DNA from: an uncultured Bacillales bacterium
GTDB taxonomy: Bacteria; Bacillota_I; Bacilli_A; RF39; UBA660
Assembly: GCA_946408655.1 (NCBI GenBank)
Contig: CAMJTE010000001.1
Coordinates: forward strand, 1 to 55,078
DNA: 55,078 nucleotides
Reading direction: 5' to 3'
The notes under the pieces are model-generated. The model was given only the letters and a program-made list of their open reading frames with translations. It made no database searches and was not told the DNA's origin. The position numbers and the translations under genes are program-made. Each line of letters opens with the position of its first letter. Position 1 is the stretch's first letter. Shown here one piece after another: positions 36,161 to 45,651 of this stretch.

Positions 36161-36223
36161 ATTAATCAAAGAGTAAAATTATATGTTATAATAAGTTGTA
36201 AGCTAATGAAAGGAAAATTAATT

Positions 36224-37393
36224 ATGGAACTATTTAACAAATCTGTTAATAATAATGCCGAAATATTAAACAATATAGATAACACTTGTGAAGCAAATGA
36301 AAATGATAGTAGCATTATAAATAACGCAAACTATACTCTTGTAAATGTCCAAAAAGATAAAATTGAAGAAAATAGTATAACTATTTCTTTAGATGATATT
36401 GCAACTGTAACAAATGAAATCAAAGAATTTATTAATATTTTAAAGAATAAATGTGATAATAAAGATAATATGTACCAAATAGAAAGATTTAGTGACCCAA
36501 AAGCGATTATTTCATTCTTTAATGAACCTGAAAATAAAATTAAAGATTTAAAAAAATTAGGTTTTAATCCGGCAACTATAATGATAACTGTTTCTTTATA
36601 TGAAATAGAAAAAGAAATTTTAGAAATAAAAAGTATCTGTAATAATATTTTAAGTTTTTTGGAAAATGATAAAGAAGCACAAATAGAAGCAGATGTTAAA
36701 ACATTAATTAGGGTTGTAACAGAATATAAATACAATTGGCAGGATGAGCAATATATTGATAATAATCATAAACTAATAATGGATATTCAAAGAACAGCAA
36801 TAACAAATATTAGTTTTTATCAAAAACAGATTAATATTAATATAAAAAAGAGTAAAATTTTTATGACTAATAAAGGAATTGATGAAGACCAAAACAAATT
36901 AGATAAATTATTCAAGTATTACAAACTAACCCTGTATGTATATAGTTTTGCAACATTCTTAGAAATAATGCTCCTAGAAAACTTTCAAAAAGAATTCTTG
37001 AAAATAAAAGAAGAAGAATTAAAAAAACTTAGCGATGAATATATAAATTATTATCAAGAAGCATTAAAACACGTAAAAAAAGAAGCGTGCAAATCTATTC
37101 AAGGTAATTTATTATCAGGTATTGGAAGTGCTGGAAAGGCAATCGGAGATATTGCTGAAAAAGTACAAGTTATTAAAGATAAAAAAATTGATACATGGTT
37201 CAATAAAAATGGAGAAAACTTAAAAAATATAAGTCAAAATATGAAAAACAACTTTTCATTAAAATTTGAAGAAATGAGCGATCCTAATACTAAAATATTT
37301 ATTGAAAAGATTAAACTTATTAATAATATATACAATAACATAAAAAATATATACTTTGATAAAGATAAAATATATTTAGAAATAATGAAATAA
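36224..37393 (+). CDS. Hypothetical coiled-coil protein
   Basis: The probable start is the second ATG at 36224, where AAGGAAA lies 8 nt upstream (track start 36206). No motif recognised. Confidence 0.5.
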   Translation: MELFNKSVNNNAEILNNIDNTCEANENDSSIINNANYTLVNVQKDKIEENSITISLDDIATVTNEIKEFINILKNKCDNKDNMYQIERFSDPKAIISFFNEPENKIKDLKKLGFNPATIMITVSLYEIEKEILEIKSICNNILSFLENDKEAQIEADVKTLIRVVTEYKYNWQDEQYIDNNHKLIMDIQRTAITNISFYQKQININIKKSKIFMTNKGIDEDQNKLDKLFKYYKLTLYVYSFATFLEIMLLENFQKEFLKIKEEELKKLSDEYINYYQEALKHVKKEACKSIQGNLLSGIGSAGKAIGDIAEKVQVIKDKKIDTWFNKNGENLKNISQNMKNNFSLKFEEMSDPNTKIFIEKIKLINNIYNNIKNIYFDKDKIYLEIMK

Positions 37394-37430
37394 AACTGAT
37401 TTCAAATTTAATGAAACCAGTTTTATTTTT
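37394..37430. terminator. Bidirectional terminator between convergent genes
   Basis: 11-bp stem aactgatttca / tgaaaccagtt (1 mismatch) followed by a T-run. Confidence 0.5.
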
Positions 37431-37800
37431 TCCATGGAATAAATTTTTTCATTATAGCTAATCTCTTTTGTTTCTTCTTTTCATCATTTATTTGTTGTTC
37501 TCTTATTCTAGTTAAAGCATCTCTACTCCACTCTGGACAATACTTTATATCCACAAACATTTTTCTTAGTATTTCATCTTCATTATTTTTTAAGTAGTTT
37601 AGTAACTTAAGAGAATTACACTCTTCATATTTCACTCTTTTACTTGACGTAAACAACAACATATTAAATATATTTTTATATCTATTGAAATCTGAAGTAG
37701 CAAATATTTCTACACACCAAGGATAAATATTAGTTTTAAAATTACTATTAGATAATCTTATATTAGAAGAATACTGTTCTCGATAGTCCTTTAATTCCAT
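37423..37800 (-). CDS. Hypothetical protein
   Basis: 125 aa, basic C-terminus, no recognised motif. Confidence 0.4.
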   Translation of the reverse strand: MELKDYREQYSSNIRLSNSNFKTNIYPWCVEIFATSDFNRYKNIFNMLLFTSSKRVKYEECNSLKLLNYLKNNEDEILRKMFVDIKYCPEWSRDALTRIREQQINDEKKKQKRLAIMKKFIPWKK

Positions 37801-37830
37801 AAACTTATCATATAATTCAGATACCTCATT

Positions 37831-38181
37831 TCATATTAATATCATTATTTTTTCTTTATCGCATATCTGACTTGACAATATATATAAATCATTGTTTTTC
37901 TTAGAAAATATTACATTATAATGTTCTTTATAAATGTCCAAATCTATCGTAAGACAATCTTTTTCATAATCGAAATTATCTATATCAATGTGTACATTTA
38001 CAAAGTTATCATAAAGCAAATGTTCAAAAATGTTTGCATAATCATTTATTAAACTATTATATTCATTATATTTATCTTTAATTAAATTAAATACATCATA
38101 TAAACTTACACAACTTAAATCCATATTTATATCTTGTTTTAACACTTTATCTATTTCATCTATAATTTTATTATTTTCCAT
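37831..38181 (-). CDS. Hypothetical protein
   Basis: Start reassigned to MENNKIID at 38181, where AAAGGAG lies 5 nt upstream. 116 aa. Confidence 0.4.
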   Translation of the reverse strand: MENNKIIDEIDKVLKQDINMDLSCVSLYDVFNLIKDKYNEYNSLINDYANIFEHLLYDNFVNVHIDIDNFDYEKDCLTIDLDIYKEHYNVIFSKKNNDLYILSSQICDKEKIMILI

Positions 38182-38261
38182 ACGAGCTCCTTTTGAATTA
38201 CTATTATAGCAAACTTCTAAAAGAATGCAACCAAAAAACGAACTGATTGTTCGCACTTATT

Positions 38262-39059
38262 CTATAAAAATATTACAACTAATATTCCTACTATAAAACA
38301 ATAGACTGAAAAATATATTAGTTTACCTTCATTTACAATCTTTCTAAACCACTTCGTAACAAGAAATGTAACTATTGCAGCAACCACTACTGCTAAAACA
38401 TAATGAATTATCAATGATTTATCTAAATTAATCTTGGTAATTTCAAGTGCCATTGCTGCTAAACTCATTGGAATATATAACATAAATGAATATTTAAATG
38501 CTGTATCTCTTTTTAAATCACTAAACATTCCACCAACAATAGTAGAACCACTTCTACTTATTCCAGGAAATAGTCCTAGTATTTGGAAACAACCTACTGC
38601 AAGGGCATCTTTAATAGTTAAATCTTCATCTTTCTTATGTCCTTTAAAATTACGAATTAAATATAAAAGAATTGCCGTTATCATTAATGATAATCCAACT
38701 ATTTTTACATTATCTTCTATTTTATCGAATAAATCAAGCTTACTAACTATTAGTCCCGCTAATCCTGCTGGAATGCACCCTATAACAATAAGCCATGCAT
38801 ACCTAAATTCACTTTTATACTTCCTATCTTTAGTACCAATATATTTGAAAAAACCAGATATAATATCCATAATATCATTACGAAACAAGATAATTATCGC
38901 AATTAAACTACCAAAATTAGTAAGAATTGCAATCGTATCAAAATCTACTTTAACATCCATAAGTGTTTTAAATATCATTAAATGTCCTGATGATGAAACT
39001 GGTATTGTTTCTGTAAATCCTTGAATAAAACCTAAAAATATATATTTTAATAATTCCAT
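38262..39059 (-). CDS. uppP: Undecaprenyl-diphosphate phosphatase
   Basis: 265 aa polytopic protein. Signature GFIQGFTETIPVSSSGHL and PGISRSGSTI. Confidence 0.9.
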   Translation of the reverse strand: MELLKYIFLGFIQGFTETIPVSSSGHLMIFKTLMDVKVDFDTIAILTNFGSLIAIIILFRNDIMDIISGFFKYIGTKDRKYKSEFRYAWLIVIGCIPAGLAGLIVSKLDLFDKIEDNVKIVGLSLMITAILLYLIRNFKGHKKDEDLTIKDALAVGCFQILGLFPGISRSGSTIVGGMFSDLKRDTAFKYSFMLYIPMSLAAMALEITKINLDKSLIIHYVLAVVVAAIVTFLVTKWFRKIVNEGKLIYFSVYCFIVGILVVIFL

Positions 39060-39146
39060 ATACTCACCTACCTATTCAATTATATACTAAAATTTAAATT
39101 TAATAAATAAAATTTGATTAATTTAATAAAATTTAATGGAGATATT

Positions 39147-39362
39147 ATGATTAGATTATTTTTCTTTTTAGTAGGTTTTGGTCTTACTGTAATAGGATCA
39201 GTATATATAATTAGTTATTTAAACCTACTATCCATTGGGTATAATTTTTTAGAATATGTACATTATGTTATTAGACATATAGAATGTTTAAATGCGCTTA
39301 TAGGTATAATTATAATGTTTCTTGCGCTTTACAAAGGAGAGAAAAATGACATACATATATGA
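39147..39362 (+). CDS. Small two-TM membrane protein
   Basis: ATG at 39147 preceded by GGAG. The track start at 39114 is a TTG without an RBS. Confidence 0.4.
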   Translation: MIRLFFFLVGFGLTVIGSVYIISYLNLLSIGYNFLEYVHYVIRHIECLNALIGIIIMFLALYKGEKNDIHI

Positions 39363-39972
39363 TGTAACACTAAATTTTAATGAAGTTTTATATGATTTTT
39401 TTGAATGGAATAATAATGATAACTTAATACACGTAAGAAAAATCCCTATATTTAAAGTTAGTAATGATACTTTTTTAAATGTGTTAACGTATGAGGTACA
39501 ATTATCAGATGAGATATTATATAAGATAAAAGATAAAACTGATACATATGGTAAGAAGACTAAAAGTTTTACATCTTGTCTAATTAGAAATGAAGATAAT
39601 ATTATTGCTTTAAAATTTGATGATAATGGTATTTCTAAACAAGTTAGTAGTATTATTATCGAAGAAGAACTTGATATATTAGAAATTAGAGTAAAATTAA
39701 CAAAATCATTTGAATATAAAACTTTGACTAAAAGAAAATTTTTAACATCAACTAGATATGATAGTTTAAATAGAACGTATTTGCAAAATCAAATTAATAA
39801 TTTAAGTATTGACAATGATAGAGAAAAGATTAAGTACTTATATTTCGAATACTTTGGTAAATATATAAATGATGAGAAAACTGCCTTAAATAAATTAAAG
39901 AAAGAAGTAATTAAAGATAATTATAATAATAATTTAAAAGATTTCTTTAAACTATCAACCAATAAATATTAA
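39346..39972 (+). CDS. Conserved hypothetical protein (possibly YqhG/DUF3603-like; from memory only)
   Basis: Start MTYIYDV at 39346 preceded by AAAGGAGAG. The N-terminal pattern YIYDVTLNFNE..YDFFEW....I.H.RKIP resembles a Bacillota-conserved family. Confidence 0.45.
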   Translation: MTYIYDVTLNFNEVLYDFFEWNNNDNLIHVRKIPIFKVSNDTFLNVLTYEVQLSDEILYKIKDKTDTYGKKTKSFTSCLIRNEDNIIALKFDDNGISKQVSSIIIEEELDILEIRVKLTKSFEYKTLTKRKFLTSTRYDSLNRTYLQNQINNLSIDNDREKIKYLYFEYFGKYINDEKTALNKLKKEVIKDNYNNNLKDFFKLSTNKY

Positions 39973-40000
39973 ATCATGGTAAAATGTAGTTGGTGGTTTT

Positions 40001-41173
40001 ATGCAAATTGTAAAGATGGATAATCAAGGAAGAGGAATTACTTATTATAATGATAAAATTGTATTTGTTAATAATGCTTTACCTTTAGAAGATGTTGATA
40101 TAAGTATTACACTTGATAAGAAGAAGTATAGTGTTGCGAGTGTTACTAAGTATAATAAGATAAGCAATTTTAGAATTAAACCTAAATGTAAGTATTATGG
40201 TATATGTGGTGGGTGTCAACTTGAACATATAACATATACCGATGAGCTTGATTATAAAACTAATTATTTAAATGATATATTTAAAAGTCTTGGTGTTAAA
40301 ACAGATAGAATTATTACAAATAAAGATTATAATTACAGAGATAAAATAACTTTAAAAGTTAATAAATGTATTGGATTTTACAAACTTAACAGTAATGATA
40401 TTATTAGTATTGATAAATGTATAATTGCAGATAATCTTATTAATGATAAAATTAAGTATCTAAAGTTAATTGATACTACTAATATAAAAGAGATAATTAT
40501 CAAGTCTTTTGATAGTAAATCTATGCTCGTTTTAAATGGAAGTAATGATATAGACATATCTAAAATTTCTAAATACTTTGATACTATTTATATCAATAAC
40601 AGGTTAGTAAGTGGTAATAGAATAATTGCAACTATCGATAATATAAAGTATTATATTGCTCCTAATGGCTTCTTTCAAGTAAACATATCGATTGCAGAGA
40701 TGATGTTTAAATATATTAAAAAACTATGTGTTAATAAGAAAGTAGAAAGAATTCTTGATTTATACTGCGGTTGTGGAAGTATATCTTTATTTATTGCAGA
40801 CAGTGTTAAATATGTTTATGGGGTTGAATTAAATAAAGAATCTATTAAGGATGCTAATAATAATAAGAAACTAAACAATATAACTAATGTAGATTTTTCG
40901 TGTGATACCACAGATAATATTGATAACATTAGTTCATTTGATACAGTAATTGTTGATCCACCTAGAAGTGGTTTATCTAAAAAAGTAATTCAGAAATTAC
41001 TTAGTAGTAAAATAAAAAATATAATCTATGTATCATGTGATCCAATTACCCTAAAAAGAGATCTTACATATTTAAAAGATAAATATAATATAGAAAGTAT
41101 TACTACATTTGACATGTTTCCTAATACATATCATGTTGAAAATGTTGTAACCTTAACTAGAATATCACCTTAA
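40001..41173 (+). CDS. SAM-dependent RNA (uracil-5)-methyltransferase, RumA/RlmD/TrmA family
   Basis: 390 aa. TRAM-like N-terminus, 4-Cys cluster (C..CKYYGICGGCQLEH), SAM motif LDLYCGCGS, VDPPRSG, and catalytic Cys context YVSCDP. Confidence 0.85.
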   Translation: MQIVKMDNQGRGITYYNDKIVFVNNALPLEDVDISITLDKKKYSVASVTKYNKISNFRIKPKCKYYGICGGCQLEHITYTDELDYKTNYLNDIFKSLGVKTDRIITNKDYNYRDKITLKVNKCIGFYKLNSNDIISIDKCIIADNLINDKIKYLKLIDTTNIKEIIIKSFDSKSMLVLNGSNDIDISKISKYFDTIYINNRLVSGNRIIATIDNIKYYIAPNGFFQVNISIAEMMFKYIKKLCVNKKVERILDLYCGCGSISLFIADSVKYVYGVELNKESIKDANNNKKLNNITNVDFSCDTTDNIDNISSFDTVIVDPPRSGLSKKVIQKLLSSKIKNIIYVSCDPITLKRDLTYLKDKYNIESITTFDMFPNTYHVENVVTLTRISP

Positions 41174-41279
41174 AATAGGATGATATTTTTTTACATTATT
41201 TACTAAATATCACTTGCGATATAAACATTCGTTTGTTATAATATATATGTTCGTTTGTAAATGTGGAGGTAGAGGTAAT

Positions 41280-42311
41280 ATGAAAAACGAAGTAATCGAA
41301 AAAAATAATTCAGAATTAGTTATTTATGAATCCAAAGAAGGTGATATTAAATTAGATGTTAATCTTGAAAATGAAACAGTATGGTTATCTTTAGAACAAA
41401 TGTCAAGGTTATTTGGTAGAGATAAATCAGTTATTTCAAGACATATAAAACATGTATTTGATGAAGGAGAATTAGAAAGAGAAAAGGTTGTTGCAAATTT
41501 TGCAACAACCACTAAACACGGCGCAATTCAAGGAAAAAAACAAACTCATTTTGTTGATTATTATAACTTAGATGTAGTAATAAGCGTGGGATATCGTGTT
41601 AAATCATTAGAAGGTGTTCGTTTTAGAAAATGGGCGACAGAAAGAATTAAGGAATATATTATCAAAGGATATACTATGGATGATGAAAGGCTTAAAAATC
41701 TTGGCGGAGGAAAATATTTCTATGAACTATTAAACCGTATAAAAGATATAAGATCATCAGAAAAAGTATTATATAGGCAAGTTCTTGATTTATATGCAAC
41801 TGCAATTGATTATAATCCTAAAGCCGAAGAAACTATAAAATTCTTTAAAATAGTCCAAAATAAATTTCATTATGCTGCTCATGGTAATACAGCTGCCGAA
41901 GTTATATATAATAGAGTAGATTCAAACAAACTATTTATGGGACTAACTAGTTTTAAAGGAGAACTACCTAGTATAAATGATATTGAAATTGCTAAGAATT
42001 ATTTAACTGAAGAAGAATTAATAATGTTAAATAATCTAGTTTCAGGATATTTTGATTTTGCAGAATTTCAAGCAATGAAGCATAAACCTATGAGAATGAA
42101 AGATTATATTAATCAATTAGATAAAATACTAAATTCTATTGATGCCAAAGTATTAAAAAACTCAGGAAGCATTAGTCATAAAGATGCAATTGATAAAGCA
42201 AAAATAGAGTATAAAAAATATCAGGTTAAAGAATTAAGTCCTATAGAAAAAGAGTATTTAAATTCTATTAACAAGATAAATGAAATTGCAAAAAGCTTAG
42301 ATAATAAATAA
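41280..42311 (+). CDS. RhuM-family protein
   Basis: Start MKNEVIEK at 41280, after GGAGGTAGAGG. Sequence is typical of RhuM-like proteins (WLSLEQMSRLFGRDKSVISRHIKHVF, VISVGYRVKS..GVRFRKWAT). Confidence 0.7.
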   Translation: MKNEVIEKNNSELVIYESKEGDIKLDVNLENETVWLSLEQMSRLFGRDKSVISRHIKHVFDEGELEREKVVANFATTTKHGAIQGKKQTHFVDYYNLDVVISVGYRVKSLEGVRFRKWATERIKEYIIKGYTMDDERLKNLGGGKYFYELLNRIKDIRSSEKVLYRQVLDLYATAIDYNPKAEETIKFFKIVQNKFHYAAHGNTAAEVIYNRVDSNKLFMGLTSFKGELPSINDIEIAKNYLTEEELIMLNNLVSGYFDFAEFQAMKHKPMRMKDYINQLDKILNSIDAKVLKNSGSISHKDAIDKAKIEYKKYQVKELSPIEKEYLNSINKINEIAKSLDNK

Positions 42312-42444
42312 TTCTTCTTGAAAGGATTGTAACTGCATAGTAACCTACTTTACTCTTTTTAACACTATTTTAGTGTTTTTTTACAATTTTCAACATATTT
42401 TTTAAAAAATCATGATATAATACACATGAATGGTAGGTGTTTAT

Positions 42445-43239
42445 ATGTTGACAGTTAAAGAAACTAATCAAAAACTAGTTAAGGATACAATTGATAAACT
42501 TATTAAAAGTGGTGCTTACAAAAATATTAGTGAAATCAGAAAACGTAATCCTTCACTACAAGAATTTTGTTTTAATAACAAACTTAATTTCATTATGTAT
42601 TCTTTTTCATCACAATTTACTAATGAAGATTATCTAAATTTATTAAATAAATTAGAAAAAGAAATGCAGATGAATAAAGATAACAAGAATGAAATTGTTC
42701 AAACAAATATCAATGGTAATGTATTTGTTGATTATAACAATAGCAATGATAATAAAACTTTGGTAGGAGTTGAGGAAGTTAATAAACAAGATACTGATAG
42801 TAAAACATATGAGCAAGAACAAAAATTTGAAAAAAGGGAAGCAAATTTTCAAAATATAAGCGATATAGATACTAGTAAATTAAATAATGAACAACTACAA
42901 GACTTTAGCGTTATTGCTGCCAATGCAGAAGCAAGAGATAATAAAGAAAATACAGAGGTGTATTTTGATGAAAATGGTAATATGACAAATACAGTTGCAA
43001 TAAATCAAGATGGTGAAAGAAGTTATTATACTGTTGATGAGATTAATGGAAGTAAAGATTTAGTAGGACATGAGGCAAGCAAAGCTAACTCTGCTCCTGA
43101 AAAATCCAAAGTTTATGTAAAAACACTAAGTAATGGTCATAAAAGTGCTGGATTTACTAATACTTTAATACTATCATTTATAATAGGATCATTTTTTGGT
43201 ATAGTTTTTCTTGCAATTTATACTAAAATAATGCATTAA
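42445..43239 (+). CDS. Tail-anchored hypothetical protein
   Basis: Start at the second ATG, after GGTAGGTG. An extended -10 TGaTATAAT lies at 42412-42420. Single C-terminal TM helix. Confidence 0.45.
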   Translation: MLTVKETNQKLVKDTIDKLIKSGAYKNISEIRKRNPSLQEFCFNNKLNFIMYSFSSQFTNEDYLNLLNKLEKEMQMNKDNKNEIVQTNINGNVFVDYNNSNDNKTLVGVEEVNKQDTDSKTYEQEQKFEKREANFQNISDIDTSKLNNEQLQDFSVIAANAEARDNKENTEVYFDENGNMTNTVAINQDGERSYYTVDEINGSKDLVGHEASKANSAPEKSKVYVKTLSNGHKSAGFTNTLILSFIIGSFFGIVFLAIYTKIMH

Positions 43240-43250
43240 AAGGAGGTAAT

Positions 43251-43616
43251 ATGAACAATAATATTGTATTTGATAATGATAATAATTCTGATTCAAATGC
43301 AGAGTTATTAAAGAATAATACTCCTAATACTGTAGATTATAACAGCTTATATAATAGTAAAAATAATGCAAATATAAATAATGTTATTAATCAAACTAAT
43401 AATATGCAAAATCAAAATATGAATAACAATACAAATAGTATTGCTACAAATAATAATATTTCAAATATGCAGACTCCAATTGATAATCAAGATATAAATA
43501 ACACTAAAAAAAAGAAAGGCATGGATAGTCTTCTATTTGTATTTTTATTATTTATAATAATAATGGGAATAATTCTATTCTTATTTCCATTATTAAGTAA
43601 GTACTTATTAGGATAA
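43251..43616 (+). CDS. Tail-anchored Asn-rich low-complexity protein
   Basis: 121 aa. AAAGGAGG RBS. About 85 aa of N/Q-rich sequence, then KKKK and one TM helix. Confidence 0.45.
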   Translation: MNNNIVFDNDNNSDSNAELLKNNTPNTVDYNSLYNSKNNANINNVINQTNNMQNQNMNNNTNSIATNNNISNMQTPIDNQDINNTKKKKGMDSLLFVFLLFIIIMGIILFLFPLLSKYLLG

Positions 43617-44393
43617 TTACTGAATAATTAATTCTTGATCTATACTTAACAAATTACTAGTTAAATTGTTAAGTTTTTTTATTGTATCAACAGTGGTATT
43701 AAATGCATTGGCAATAGAATATAGAGTATCTCCTATTTTAACAATATATTTATTAATAGTAGAATCTTTTAATTTAAGTCTTTGACCTATACTTAATATA
43801 TCACTTGTAAGATTATTTATTTCTTTCAATCTATCAACAGTTATATTGTTATTTCTAGCTATAGAATATAAAGTATCTCCTGATTTAACAATGTAGGTAT
43901 CTGTTTCAGTTGGTACAAATAAATCAGTTCCTACTTTTAATAGATTAGTTGATAAATTGTTTAATCTTTTTATCTCATTCACTGTTGTATTAAACTTTTT
44001 AGCAATACTCCATAATGTATCACCACTAACTACTTTATACGTACCAGAATTATTAGTTGGAGATTCATTATTATTTTTAGTATATGGAATATTTAGATAC
44101 TCTGCAATAGACTTAACAACTGCTTCAGCATAATCTGGCCAATTATTCTTTAATTGCTTAACATCATCTATTTTACTATCTAAAAACCCATATTCAACAA
44201 TTATAGCATCAGTATTCCCTGTATTTCTTAACATATAATAGTAATCTTTAGTTTGAGCAGATGGTAATCTTCTTTGATATGCTCTTCTTATATTTTGGCC
44301 TTCATCTTTTAAGTTATTTAGTATTAGATTAGGAAGTTCATCTGTTCCACGTAGAGCATATATTACTTCCGCTCCATCCCCACCTGCCGATAG
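43617..44393 (-). pseudogene. 3' fragment of an N-acetylmuramoyl-L-alanine amidase (Amidase_3) gene with three LysM repeats, truncated by element insertion
   Basis: The frame stays open upstream of the track ORF as far as the in-frame TGA at 44394-44396 (..LSAGGDGAEVIYALRGTD..YYYMLRNTG..AIIVEYGFLD). The N-terminal third of the amidase domain is absent. Three YxVxxGDTLxSIA LysM units. Confidence 0.7.
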
Positions 44394-44708
44394 TCAATGT
44401 GTAACTATTTTTAAAGTGTGACAAAATGTCACGTTTTTAATCTATTCAGTCGGTAACAAATTGTAACCAACTGAGTATTTAATTGTCCGAAAAAATCGGA
44501 CATTACGTTATTTTTTACTATTTTGGTGTAAACACCAAAATAGTAAATTTACTTTGTTTTCAAAGTTAATATTATCTTAGAGTTCAATTTCAATTGTCTA
44601 GTATTCCTAGACAATTGAAAAAATCCTTCTTTAATTTATTTTTTAATCAATTATACAGATTACTATCATTAACAAAAATACTTTTACATATTATTAGTAA
44701 CTTTAAAT

Positions 44709-45536
44709 TTAATTATTTCCAATCTTTTGAAGTTCTTCTTTCTCTAATTCTTTAATAGACTTTTCAGGAGTTGGTAATGTTTCAGGCATATTACCGCCAA
44801 GTTCTTCAATAGCCTTTCTCACTGTTTTTCCAACATTATAATGAGTTAAGCAAGCATCATCTTCATTATCAATATTATCTTTTTTTAATTTAGCTTCTGT
44901 TTGTGTAATACGGAATAAATTAGCACCCAATTCCTCACTACCCATATAATCAAGAATATCTTCGTTTTCTTTTATATTCTTACGTTTTGCAATTTGCTTT
45001 GCTGTTTCACCATTATATAGTCCTTTATATCCATAATTATTAAATTTACCAAAATTTTCTACCCCAGCTTCTCTTGCAGTTTTAAACAAATATTTATTTT
45101 TATTATTAACAAGAATTCTAGTATATAATCTTTTTTCATCTTCTGATAATCTTGAATATTCTAATTCAGTAATTTCCTGTTTTCTAGTTTGTACTGCAAA
45201 ATATGTTTGTCCAAGAGCTACTGATTTTTTTCTAGGATTTGCATTTTGAACTACTAAATAACAAGCATATCTAGATAAATGATAGTCAATTACATTTTGA
45301 ATATTACCTTTACCACCTACTATCGGTTTCCTGAATTCAGGAAAGTGATCTAAAACATTGTTATTACTAGTTTCACAAGCAATCATTGCTCTTTTTATAA
45401 CTTTATGAAAATTTTCCCACTTACTATATTCAAGTAGTGGCATTAACTCTCTTGCTTCCCAGTATTCATTTCCTAATTCATCTATATGTTTTATATTTTC
45501 AAAAGTCTTTTCTGTATATTCTTCTATATTACTCAT
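44709..45536 (-). CDS. dinD: DNA damage-inducible protein D-like
   Basis: 275 aa. The pattern GNEYWEARELMPLLEYSKWENF...DYHLSRYACYLVVQNANPRK matches DinD-family proteins. Confidence 0.7.
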   Translation of the reverse strand: MSNIEEYTEKTFENIKHIDELGNEYWEARELMPLLEYSKWENFHKVIKRAMIACETSNNNVLDHFPEFRKPIVGGKGNIQNVIDYHLSRYACYLVVQNANPRKKSVALGQTYFAVQTRKQEITELEYSRLSEDEKRLYTRILVNNKNKYLFKTAREAGVENFGKFNNYGYKGLYNGETAKQIAKRKNIKENEDILDYMGSEELGANLFRITQTEAKLKKDNIDNEDDACLTHYNVGKTVRKAIEELGGNMPETLPTPEKSIKELEKEELQKIGNN

Positions 45537-45651
45537 TTATTTAACCTCCTTTCCTGTATATATTATATCAAACATTTGTTCTGACTGCAACAGTTGTATA
45601 AGTAGTTTATCAATTTTTTATGTACACCTTGTCGAAAGTTGCGACAAAGTT

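Noticed and set aside
3100-42852. Many 60-196 aa ORFs in the track that lie antisense to, or out of frame within, larger genes. Examples: 3100-3540, 4626-4826, 4956-5216, 7184-7405, 9126-9323, 11060-11254, 11981-12181, 13335-13532, 13860-14042, 14455-14803, 16723-16908, 17434-17683, 18399-18752, 28055-28303, 34349-34552, 35253-35513, 36331-36735, 38434-39024, 41324-41512, 42652-42852.
   Set aside because: Each is fully embedded in a longer ORF that has clear motifs, an RBS and operon context. Their translations are low-complexity (I/F/L/S/N-rich) with no motifs and no RBS. They are shadow ORFs of the real genes.
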